From NCBI GenBank assembly GCA_023150565.1, contig JAKLKR010000002.1, positions 26,757 through 90,756 of the forward strand: a stretch of 64,000 nt of DNA, read 5' to 3'. The translations under genes were made by a program, and so were the position numbers. This stretch comes from Planctomycetota bacterium. GTDB taxonomy: Bacteria > Planctomycetota > UBA11346. This document shows, piece after piece, positions 1 to 8,302 of the stretch; the first letter of the stretch is position 1; each line of letters opens with the position of its first letter. Under the pieces are notes generated by a model, which did no database searches, had not been told where the DNA came from, and saw only the letters and a list, made by a program, of their open reading frames with translations.

Positions 1-3000
1 GGGCCCCCCGGCGATGGCCGCCGCGGGCGTCCCCAGCTCGAGCAGGCGCAGCAGGGGATGGTGTCCGTCGGCATCGACCTCGGGGCGCAGCGCGGTCGAC
101 TGCGGCGAGCGCGCAAAGACCCCGGGGTCGGGATGGCGTACCAGCTTCCAGGCCGGGCCGCCGTCGTCGCGCACCAGGCGCTCGACGGCGCCGAGGAAGG
201 CCTCGGTGCGGCGCGCCCGCCAGTCGACCCAGGCGCGCAGATGGCGGGTGTAGATCGCCTGGTGGCGCAGCTCGAAGCGGCGCCGGCCGCGCTCCTCGAT
301 CCCCAGGCTGATGCCGCATTCCCGCTCGAAGCGCGCCACGGTGGCGTCGTCGTAGCCGATGTCGAGGTCGTCGACATCGCGGTAGGCGTGCGCGTTGAAG
401 GTCGGCAGCCACCAGAAGCCATGCACCAGGAACAGGCCATGGATGCCGCCCTGGCGGCGGTAGCGGGCGCGCAGCTCGCCGATGCAGCCGAGCAGCTCCG
501 CCTCGACCTGCGGGTCGAGGAAGTTGTAGCCGCCATTGAAGTAGCCGACCTGCTGCCGGCCGTGGCGGTCCACCAGCCGGGTGGTGGGCGCGCCCTCGTC
601 CCACAGCCGCCGCTCGCTGACCCCCGCCAGACCGCGCAGGGCCATCTGCGGCGAAGCGATGTACTCCATGCCGAGCATGGCGGTGATGCCGTTGCGCCGG
701 TACATCTCCAGCAGCAGGGCCATGGGGTCGATGCCGTCCCCGTCGCCGAAGCGGCGGTTGTGCCGGCGCGAGGGGAACTCGCCCTCGCGGTACATGTAGG
801 CCCCCTCGACCGAGGCGTTGTAGCCCTGGAAGCGCAGCAGGGCGATGCGGCGGGCGATGGCCTGGTACCAGGTGCGGTAGCAGTCGACGTGCCCGCTCGA
901 GGCGATGCCGCGGTCGCAGGCCAGCGGGTTCTCGGCCATGCCCACGGTCAGGCGCATGGCCGACATGCGTTCGAGGTGCGAGCCGAACAGGCGCTGCGAT
1001 GGCGGCAGGTCCAGGGCGGGCAGGCCGCCGCGCACGCGGAAGATGCGGATGCGGCCGGCGGCGGCGGGCGATCCCGCGAAGCCGCTCATCACCGCCAGCG
1101 CGGCATGGTCGCTCTGGGGGTAGAAGGCGAACTCGAGCCGCTTCCAGCCCAGCGACAGCGGGAAGCGCACCCCGGTGTAGCAGCTCGCGGTGGCGGTGTA
1201 CCAGCCGGTCGAGCCGTTGGGCACGTTGTTCATGAAATGCAGCGGGTACGATTCCATCACCCCGGCGTAAACGTAGCGGTCGCGGTCGTCGGGCACCTCG
1301 ACCACCGCCAGGTGGGGCACGCCCTTCTCGAGCTGAGGCAGGCGGTAGGCGAAGTAGTCCCAGCGCTCCTTGCCGGTCTCGCGGTAGGCCATCTCGCCGG
1401 CGCGCGTCACCCGGCCCTTTCCGATGGCCGGGCTGGCGTACATGCCGGCATGGTCGATGAACGAGCCGTCGTCGGGCGCGGCGGCGGTGCAGTCGATGTC
1501 CGCCACCGGCTCCAGGCGCGACGCCAGCTCGCGCTCGAAGGCATCCACCGTGAACGACTCCTGGGCGACGGGGCCGAGCACCACCAGCTCCTCGCGCCGG
1601 GTCTCGACCACCGCGCCGGCGGCGTCGCGCAGCGTCCACAGCAGGCGGTAGGGGCCGGGCGCCTCCGCCTCGACCGCGACATGGAAGGAGTGGGTGCCGG
1701 GGCCATCGGCGTCGGCGGCGCCATCGGGCAGAGGGTCGAAGGTCCGCAGCTCCTCGTCGCTGCCGGCGCGGCACAGCGCCAGGCGCGGCCGCCAGGCGCC
1801 GCCCATGGCCGCCGGGACCGCGGCGATGAAGCGCTTGGCCTCCTCGCGGCCGAACACCGGGTGCTGGCGGTCGGCCGGGCGCACACGCAGCGCGCCCATG
1901 AAGCGCGGGTTGATGCCGAGGAAGATGCGCTTGCCGTCGAAACGATCGGTGTCGAGGCTGCGGCCGGTGAGGCGCGGGACCGCCCAGGCGGAATCGTCGA
2001 ACGACGGCCGCTCCCAGCCTTCGCTGCGGGCCTGGGCGCAGCGCCAGCGGTCGTCGGAGACGATGCGCACGATGCTGCCGTCGGTGCCCACCGACACCCC
2101 TTCGAGCAGCAGCTCGGGGGCGCAGCCGCCGTCGTTCCAGTTCTGCCATTCCCGCACCATCGCCACCTGGTTGGCGCCGGTGCGCAGATGGCGGGCGATG
2201 TCGACGCTGCGCACCAGGCCGCTGGGATAGATGTCGTCGCCCTCCGCCACCCGCTCGCCGTTGATGTAGAGGGCGTAGCGTTCCGATTCGGCGAAGCTGA
2301 CGTGCGCCCGCCATGGCTGGTGGGCGATCTCGACCGTGCGGCGGAAGAACACCTCGGACGAGCTCGGCGCCAGGTGCAGGGAGCGCAGGCGCACGCTGGC
2401 GCCGGGCGTGCGGCAGGTGAGGCGGAATCCGGCCGGGAAGCCGTCGTGCAGGATGCGCACCAGCCCCACGTCGTGGGCGGAACGCTGCACCTCGCTGCCG
2501 GCGATGGCGAACTCGCTGCGGCTGCCGGCGAACGCGCGCCCGTCGGGGGTCACGGTCTCGAAGGTCCACTCGGTGGGCGCGTCCTGCTCGAGCTCGAACG
2601 CGAGGCGGAACTTGTCCTTGAGGTTCCGCCCCCAGTTGAAGCCCAGGCGGATGGGCGCGCGCGCCGGGTTGCCGGGCTCGGCCCCGAAGCCGAAGGCGAA
2701 GCCCTTGGCGCCGGCGGTGAAGGCCAGCGCCCCGCCGGCCACCGCGTACGCGCCGCTGGCGTAGCCGAAGCGCGCCACCAGGTCCTCGTCGAAGCGGCAG
2801 GGGCGGCCATATTCATCGGTGAAGAAATCCGGCCCCGACCACACCCGCTGCGCCGCTCCCGGCTTGTCGGGGTGGACCATCGTGCGGCTGCGCCAGAGGT
2901 CGTCGCCGGCCGCAGGCAGCGCCGGCCAGGCGCCATCGAGGCTGCGGTCGCGGATCAGCTCGAGCGCAGGCGCGGCGGCGGTGCAGGCGAGCAGGAGGAC

Positions 3001-3021
3001 GCAGGCCAGGAATCGTCGCAT
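1..3021 (-). CDS. Large secreted protein, partial (C-terminus off-window); possible carbohydrate-active enzyme. Missing from the ORF track because no stop lies in the window.
   Basis: Reverse complement of 3019-3021 is ATG. Manual translation gives MRRFLACVLLLACTAAAPALELIRDRS... with a signal-peptide-like N-terminus, normal composition, high GC3 and no stops to position 1. GGAG lies 8 nt upstream. It starts 16 nt downstream of the DUF1559 gene. The listed + ORF 58..3168 is its codon-aligned antisense. Confidence 0.6.
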   Translation of the reverse strand, partial: MRRFLACVLLLACTAAAPALELIRDRSLDGAWPALPAAGDDLWRSRTMVHPDKPGAAQRVWSGPDFFTDEYGRPCRFDEDLVARFGYASGAYAVAGGALAFTAGAKGFAFGFGAEPGNPARAPIRLGFNWGRNLKDKFRLAFELEQDAPTEWTFETVTPDGRAFAGSRSEFAIAGSEVQRSAHDVGLVRILHDGFPAGFRLTCRTPGASVRLRSLHLAPSSSEVFFRRTVEIAHQPWRAHVSFAESERYALYINGERVAEGDDIYPSGLVRSVDIARHLRTGANQVAMVREWQNWNDGGCAPELLLEGVSVGTDGSIVRIVSDDRWRCAQARSEGWERPSFDDSAWAVPRLTGRSLDTDRFDGKRIFLGINPRFMGALRVRPADRQHPVFGREEAKRFIAAVPAAMGGAWRPRLALCRAGSDEELRTFDPLPDGAADADGPGTHSFHVAVEAEAPGPYRLLWTLRDAAGAVVETRREELVVLGPVAQESFTVDAFERELASRLEPVADIDCTAAAPDDGSFIDHAGMYASPAIGKGRVTRAGEMAYRETGKERWDYFAYRLPQLEKGVPHLAVVEVPDDRDRYVYAGVMESYPLHFMNNVPNGSTGWYTATASCYTGVRFPLSLGWKRLEFAFYPQSDHAALAVMSGFAGSPAAAGRIRIFRVRGGLPALDLPPSQRLFGSHLERMSAMRLTVGMAENPLACDRGIASSGHVDCYRTWYQAIARRIALLRFQGYNASVEGAYMYREGEFPSRRHNRRFGDGDGIDPMALLLEMYRRNGITAMLGMEYIASPQMALRGLAGVSERRLWDEGAPTTRLVDRHGRQQVGYFNGGYNFLDPQVEAELLGCIGELRARYRRQGGIHGLFLVHGFWWLPTFNAHAYRDVDDLDIGYDDATVARFERECGISLGIEERGRRRFELRHQAIYTRHLRAWVDWRARRTEAFLGAVERLVRDDGGPAWKLVRHPDPGVFARSPQSTALRPEVDADGHHPLLRLLELGTPAAAIAGGP

Positions 3022-3037
3022 GGGATGGTGCTCCGGG

Positions 3038-3727
3038 TCAACGCAGGAACAGCCGCTGGCTGTGCGACCAGTCGGCGAACATGGCCTGCCGGGTCATGGT
3101 GCCGACATGGCTGTCGAGGTACAGGATCTGGCTGCGCCCGGCGTGGCGGTAGCTCATGCCGGCGTTGAAGGCCAGGGTGGTGGTGTCAGCCCGGCCGGTG
3201 CAGTGGGCCTGCACCGCATCCCCGATCAGATGCCGCTCCCCTGCTTCGGTCGCTCGGCTGAGCAGGAAGCCCTCGTAGCGCCAGGACACATGGTTGGCCA
3301 CCTCCGGGATGCCCATCAGTGCCGCCAGGCGGTAATTCAGGCCGTAGACGGCATCGATCAGCACCGGCTCGGCGGACAGGCGGGCCGGGCAGCGCAGCAG
3401 CGGCGCGTTGCGCGCGGTGGCACGCCAGTAGCCGATGTCGTAGGCCAACTCCAGATAGCCGGTGTCGGACAGCACCCCGCTCCAGTAGTAACCGGACTGG
3501 TGCTGCGGCGGCGGCAGGCGCTCCTCGTTGTCGACCGCGTAGGCGTTGAGCACCAGGCCGAGCTGGCGCAGGTTGCTGGCGCAGGCAGAGCCCTTGGCGG
3601 CGGTGCGCACCGCCGACACCGCCGGCATCAGCATGCCCGCCAGCACCGCCACGATGGCGATCACCACCAGCAGTTCGATGAGGGTGAAGCCGGCGGCGTG
3701 GCGGCGGGCGGACGCAGGCTGTTCCAT
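3038..3727 (-). CDS. Prepilin-type N-terminal cleavage/methylation domain protein (DUF1559, H-X9-DG pseudopilin-like)
   Basis: [33 protein letters not shown] is a type IV pilin-like N-terminal motif. The C-terminus [12 protein letters not shown] matches the H-X9-DG type. Residue counting from the ORF 3038..4435 gives a start at 3727. Confidence 0.85.
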   Translation of the reverse strand: MEQPASARRHAAGFTLIELLVVIAIVAVLAGMLMPAVSAVRTAAKGSACASNLRQLGLVLNAYAVDNEERLPPPQHQSGYYWSGVLSDTGYLELAYDIGYWRATARNAPLLRCPARLSAEPVLIDAVYGLNYRLAALMGIPEVANHVSWRYEGFLLSRATEAGERHLIGDAVQAHCTGRADTTTLAFNAGMSYRHAGRSQILYLDSHVGTMTRQAMFADWSHSQRLFLR

Positions 3728-3751
3728 ATGGTCTAGCCTAGTTGAGTTCCC

Positions 3752-4570
3752 TTGGCCGCAAAAGGCGGTATTCATCGGTACTGGACATTTTTCACCATGG
3801 CGACCGCCCCCACCTGGCCGATGCCGCTCGACGCCCCGCCCTGCGTGGTGCTGGCCGGGGTCGCCATCCACGAGCGCAATCCGGTCGAGCGCTGGCTGCT
3901 GCCGTCGCTGTGGACGCTGCATTTCTACAGCTACGAGGCCGACCTCATCCTGGACGGGGTGGCGCACCTGATCCGCCCCGGCATGGCCGGGATCATCGCC
4001 CCCGGGGTGCGCCAGGAGTACCGCTACCGCGGCCCCTCGACCCACGTCTACGCCCACTTCAGCCTGCCGCCCTCGCCCACCACCCAGCCGGCGCCGGTGC
4101 TGATCGACCTCGGCGACGCCTTCCCCGCCTACCGCGCCCGGCTCGAGGAGGTGGTCGGCGCCTACGACATCCAGCCGCAGCGGGTGTCGGCGCGGGTGTG
4201 GAGCCTGCTGTGGGACCTGGCCGCCCTCGCCGGCGAGCGCAGCGCCGACCTCGACGTGCGGGTGGCGCGCGCCATCGCCTTCATCGAGCGCCGCCTGGGC
4301 GCCTGTCTGCCGGTGGAGGAGATCGCCGCCCACGTCGGCGTCTCGCACAACCAGCTCATCCGCCTGTTCCGCCGCCACCTCGGCCTGCCGGTGGTGGCCT
4401 ACGTCCGCAAGCGCCGGGTCGACCGCGCCATGCACCTGCTGCGCGCCACCGACCTGCCCCTGGCCGAGATCGGCCGCCGCCTGGGCATCCAGGACCCCTC
4501 GGCGTTCTCGCGCCTGGTCCGCACCCTCTCCGGCCGCAACCCGCGGCGCATCCGCCGCGCCGCGCGGTGA
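3752..4570 (+). CDS. AraC-family transcriptional regulator
   Basis: C-terminal AraC HTH: [69 protein letters not shown]. An alternative start is the ATG at 3797. Confidence 0.8.
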   Translation: MAAKGGIHRYWTFFTMATAPTWPMPLDAPPCVVLAGVAIHERNPVERWLLPSLWTLHFYSYEADLILDGVAHLIRPGMAGIIAPGVRQEYRYRGPSTHVYAHFSLPPSPTTQPAPVLIDLGDAFPAYRARLEEVVGAYDIQPQRVSARVWSLLWDLAALAGERSADLDVRVARAIAFIERRLGACLPVEEIAAHVGVSHNQLIRLFRRHLGLPVVAYVRKRRVDRAMHLLRATDLPLAEIGRRLGIQDPSAFSRLVRTLSGRNPRRIRRAAR

Positions 4571-4666
4571 GCATCAAGGGGCCGAACCGGTGTGGCCTCA
4601 CTTTGCCGCCCCGCGGCGGGGCAGCCTGAGGATTCCCGGCCGGGAGAGGACCGTTAGGCTGACACC

Positions 4667-4975
4667 ATGCCCCTGGCCCTGGACATCGACCGCGAGCGGC
4701 TGGCAGACCTCTGCCGGCGCTATCATGTCGCCAAGCTGGAACTCTTCGGTTCCCGCGCCAAGGGTACGTCGCGGCCTGACAGCGATGTGGACCTGCTCGT
4801 GACCTTCGAGCCGGGGCAGACGCCGGGTTTGGAGTTCTTCGGGTTGGCTGATGAACTGGAAGCGCTCCTCGGGCGTCCCGTTGACCTGTTGACGCGACCC
4901 AGGGTCGAGCGCGATCAGAACCCCTACTTCAAGCAGAGCGTCCTCTCGGTTGCCGAGCCGTTGTATGCGGCTTGA
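4667..4975 (+). CDS. mntA: Nucleotidyltransferase antitoxin (MntA-like, Pol-beta superfamily)
   Basis: Contains the GS...DSDVDLLV nucleotidyltransferase motif and is 102 aa. Its stop overlaps the start of the downstream HepT gene (ATGCGGCTTGA). Confidence 0.8.
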   Translation: MPLALDIDRERLADLCRRYHVAKLELFGSRAKGTSRPDSDVDLLVTFEPGQTPGLEFFGLADELEALLGRPVDLLTRPRVERDQNPYFKQSVLSVAEPLYAA

Positions 4976-5320
4976 CCCGCAGGACGCCGGCCGGCTTCGT
5001 GATGTCATCGCCTTCGGCGAAAAGGTGCAGGCCATGGTCGGTGGCCTGACCCAACAGGCGTTCCTGGCCGACACCAAGACCTTCTTTGCGGTCTGCTACG
5101 GCATCCGGTGGTCGGCGAGGCGGCCTGGAAGGTCTCCGACAAGGTGAAAGCGGCCCACACAGCGATTCCCTGGCCGCTCATCGCCGGCATGCGGCATCGA
5201 CTGGTCCACGACTACGGGCGCACGGACGAGAATGTCGTCTATCAGGTCGCCACGGTCCACTTGCCGAAGCTCATGGAGCAGGTGCGAGCGATACTCGCCC
5301 AGCAAGATCCAGTGGCATAA
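4965..5320 (+). pseudogene. hepT: HepT (DUF86) RNase toxin, disrupted by a 1-nt frameshift near 5103-5110
   Basis: The N-terminal part (ORF 4950..5147: LDPQDAGRLRDVIAFGEKVQAMVGGLTQQAFLADTKTFFAVCYGI) and the C-terminal part (ORF 5108..5320: VGEAAWKVSDKVKAAHTAIPWPLIAGMRHRLVHDYGRTD, the R-X4-HXY motif) are in different frames. The junction is ...atccggtggtc... Confidence 0.7.
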
Positions 5321-5338
5321 AGGAGACATGCTGGAAAC

Positions 5339-5379
5339 AAAGGGGCCACACCACCTTATTCAGGTGGTGTGGCCCCTTT
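5339..5379. terminator. Bidirectional hairpin (17-bp perfect stem, 7-nt loop) between convergent hepT and the GDSL gene
   Basis: AAAGGGGCCACACCACC ttattca GGTGGTGTGGCCCCTTT. Confidence 0.6.
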
Positions 5380-5392
5380 GTGCCCCATTGTG

Positions 5393-6280
5393 CTAGGCCA
5401 CCAACGCGTCGATCTGAGCGCCCAGCTCCGCCGCCTGGCGCTCGGCCTCGGCCAGCGGCAGGCCGGGGGCCAGACCGGGGCGGGTGTGGCGGGTGTGCGC
5501 CAGCCAAGCGTCGCGGCGCAGCTCCATGCGCCGCCGCACCAGCGCCGGCAGCCCGGCCAGGCGCTGCGGCAGCAGCGCCGCCAGCGACGGCGCCGCCACC
5601 GCCTCCTGGTCACCGAGGGCGGCGAACAGCCCGCGCGCCAGCGCCCAGTGGCCGTCCTCGCCGGGATGCACGCCGTCGTCGCCGAAACCGGCCGCCGGAT
5701 CGGCGGCGCGGCGCTCGGCCAGGGCGGCGGCCATGGGCAGGTGCAGGTCGACCACCCGCCAGCCCTCGGCGGCCTGCCCGCGCAGCCAGGCGGCGAAGCG
5801 GCCCAGAACCTGCTCATAGGACGGATCGCAGCAGGCCTTGGGCGCCTGCGGGTCGTAGACCGGCGGAGTGAGGTGGACGAGCGGGGCGATGCGCCGCGCC
5901 ACCGCGGCGCGCAGCCGGCGCTGGCCGTCCTGGAAGGCGGCGAACCAGGCCTCGTTCCACGCCCCGCCATGGCCGTCGTTCATGCCGTAGCAGGCCAGCA
6001 CCACCTCGGGCCGCACCGCATCCAGCACCCGTTCCAGGCGCTCGGACAGCGGCGGGCGGGGGAAGCCGTGGCGGCGGGCGTGCTCGCCGCCGTCGTCGGC
6101 GTCGCCGCCCATCTCGCTCGGCAGCCCGAGGTTGAGCAGCTCGATCGGCCGGCGGGGGAAGGCCTGGATGAGGCGCGTCTCGAGCGCCACCAGCCAGCCG
6201 CCGGCGTAGGTGATGCTGTCGCCCAGCACCAGCACCCGGCGGGGGGCGGATGCGGTCGGGGGCAGGAGGAGGTCGCGCAT
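5393..6280 (-). CDS. SGNH/GDSL-family hydrolase
   Basis: Block I VLVLGDSITYAGG, the catalytic block DGVHPGEDGH, and CYGMNDG. It is 295 aa. Confidence 0.85.
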   Translation of the reverse strand: MRDLLLPPTASAPRRVLVLGDSITYAGGWLVALETRLIQAFPRRPIELLNLGLPSEMGGDADDGGEHARRHGFPRPPLSERLERVLDAVRPEVVLACYGMNDGHGGAWNEAWFAAFQDGQRRLRAAVARRIAPLVHLTPPVYDPQAPKACCDPSYEQVLGRFAAWLRGQAAEGWRVVDLHLPMAAALAERRAADPAAGFGDDGVHPGEDGHWALARGLFAALGDQEAVAAPSLAALLPQRLAGLPALVRRRMELRRDAWLAHTRHTRPGLAPGLPLAEAERQAAELGAQIDALVA

Positions 6281-6364
6281 GGGCGTGCGTATAGCCGCGT
6301 CGGACCGCCACGCATCCGGCGAGCCGCCCTGGCGCCGCCGGGGCCGGCCCTACCCTCCCGCGCG

Positions 6365-8302
6365 ATGCACGACGAGGAGCTGATCGAGGAGGAGGAGCTG
6401 CCCGACGTCTCCGGCCTGGAACCGGTGCGCCGGCCGGCCGCCCAGCGCCAGCGGCGCGAACCCCTGGCGGCGCTCAGCCACGGCTGGGGCTACGACTCCT
6501 TCCGCCCGCTCCAGGGCGAGGCGGTGGCGGCGGCGCTGGCGCGGCGCGACGCCCTGGTGGTGCTGCCCACCGGCGGCGGCAAGAGCCTATGCTACCAGGT
6601 GCCGGCGGCCTGCGGCGCCGGGGTGGTGCTGGTGGTGTCGCCGCTGATCGCGCTGATGGACGATCAGGTGGCGGGCGCCAGGGAGGCCGGGGTGCGCGCC
6701 GCCGCCCTGCACGGCAACCTCGACGAGGCGCGCAAGCGCGAGGTGCAGCGCGAGCTGGACGCCGACGCCATCGACCTGCTCTACGTCAGCCCCGAACGCC
6801 TGTGCGTGGGCGACCTGCTGCCGCGCCTGCGCAGCCGCCTGGCCCTGCTGGCGGTCGACGAGGCCCACTGCGTCTCGCACTGGGGCCACGACTTCCGCCC
6901 GGAATACCGCCAGCTCGCCGCCCAGTTCGACCAGGCCGGCGAGGTCCCGCGCCTGGCCCTCACCGCCACCGCCACCCCCCAGGTGCAGGACGACATCGTC
7001 GCCCAGCTGGCGCTGCGCAGCCCGGACCGCCTGGTCGGGCACATCGACCGCGCCAACCTGGTCTTCCGCTGCCTGCGCCGCGACGAGCCGCTCAAGCAGA
7101 TCCAGGAGGTCGCCGGCCGCCACCCGGGCGAGGGCGGCATCGTCTACTGCCTGACCCGCGCCGAGACCGAGAAGGTCGCCGCCGGGCTGGTGCGCCACGG
7201 GCTGCAGGCGGCCTGCTACCACGCCGGGCTCGACCCGCGCACCCGCCGCACGGTGCAGGACGATTTCGTCAACGAGCGCCTGCAGATCGTGGTGGCGACC
7301 GTGGCCTTCGGCATGGGCATCGACCGCAGCAACGTGCGCTTCGTGGTCCATGCCGCCATGCCGCGCTCGATCGAGCACTACCAGCAGGAGTCCGGCCGCG
7401 CCGGGCGCGACGGCGATCCGGCCGAATGCGTGCTGCTGTGGGGCGGCGCCGACCTCGCCACCCACCGCTTCTTCCTCGACAAGGACGCGCCGCCGCCCGA
7501 GCGCCGCCGGGTGCTGGAGAACCACCTGCGCGACATGGCGCGCTACGCGGTCGCGCCGGTGTGCCGCCACCGCCAGCTGGTCGAGCACTTCGCCCAGGCC
7601 TGGCCGCCGCCCGACGCCGGCCCCGGCACCTATTCCAGCAGCGACGGCTGCGGCGCCTGCGACGTGTGCCTGGGCGAGACCGCCGAGCTGCCCGCCGACC
7701 AGGCCCTGGTCACCGCCCAGAAGATCATCAGCGCGGTGTGGCGCACCGGCGGCCGCTACGGCGCCGGCCACCTCGCCGACGTGCTGCTGGGCAGGGCCAC
7801 CGACAAGGTGATCCGCGCCGCCCACCACGAGCTGACCGTGTTCGGCCTGCTCAAGGAGGTGGGCGAGGGCGCCATCCGCGCCTGGACCGACCAGCTGGTG
7901 GCCCAGGGCCTGCTCGCCCAGGTCGACAAGGGCGAATACACCCTGATCGACCTCACCCCCGAGGGCCGGGCGCTGTGCAAGGGCGTCGGCGCGGTGCGCC
8001 TGGGGGTGGCGGCGGCGACCCCGGCGAAGAAGCGCCGGCGCGAGCGCGGCGGACCGGCGCCGGCCTCGGCCGCCGACGCCGCCGGCGACGCCGGGCTGTT
8101 CGAGCGCCTGCGCGCCTGGCGCCGGGCCGAGGCCGAGCGCCTGGGCAAGCCGCCCTACGTGGTGATGCACGACCGCACCCTGCACGCCATCGCCGCCGCC
8201 AGGCCGCGCACCATCGAGGACCTGCGTCCGGTCCCCGGCCTGGGCGACAAGCGCATCGAACGCTACGGCACCGCCCTGCTGGAGGTGGTGGCGGGGGGCT
8301 GA
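6365..8302 (+). CDS. recQ: ATP-dependent DNA helicase RecQ
   Basis: TGGGKSLCYQVPA (motif I), DEAHCVSHWGHDFRPEY (DEAH), a zinc and winged-helix region, and a C-terminal HRDC (GKPPYVVMHDRTLHAIAAARP). The start is Met333 of the ORF 5369..8302. The upstream part of that ORF is antisense to the GDSL gene. Confidence 0.9.
   Translation: MHDEELIEEEELPDVSGLEPVRRPAAQRQRREPLAALSHGWGYDSFRPLQGEAVAAALARRDALVVLPTGGGKSLCYQVPAACGAGVVLVVSPLIALMDDQVAGAREAGVRAAALHGNLDEARKREVQRELDADAIDLLYVSPERLCVGDLLPRLRSRLALLAVDEAHCVSHWGHDFRPEYRQLAAQFDQAGEVPRLALTATATPQVQDDIVAQLALRSPDRLVGHIDRANLVFRCLRRDEPLKQIQEVAGRHPGEGGIVYCLTRAETEKVAAGLVRHGLQAACYHAGLDPRTRRTVQDDFVNERLQIVVATVAFGMGIDRSNVRFVVHAAMPRSIEHYQQESGRAGRDGDPAECVLLWGGADLATHRFFLDKDAPPPERRRVLENHLRDMARYAVAPVCRHRQLVEHFAQAWPPPDAGPGTYSSSDGCGACDVCLGETAELPADQALVTAQKIISAVWRTGGRYGAGHLADVLLGRATDKVIRAAHHELTVFGLLKEVGEGAIRAWTDQLVAQGLLAQVDKGEYTLIDLTPEGRALCKGVGAVRLGVAAATPAKKRRRERGGPAPASAADAAGDAGLFERLRAWRRAEAERLGKPPYVVMHDRTLHAIAAARPRTIEDLRPVPGLGDKRIERYGTALLEVVAGG

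Noticed and set aside
58-3168. 1036-aa + strand ORF
   Set aside because: Its composition (Ala/Gly/Val/Arg/His/Gln/Asp-rich, no motifs) is typical of the codon-aligned antisense of a high-GC3 gene. The minus strand encodes a coherent signal-peptide protein.
4590-4640. Small hairpin GCCCCGCgGCGGGGC after the AraC gene
   Set aside because: The stem is too short or the loop too small, and there is no U-tract. It could be a weak terminator but is not reported as a feature.
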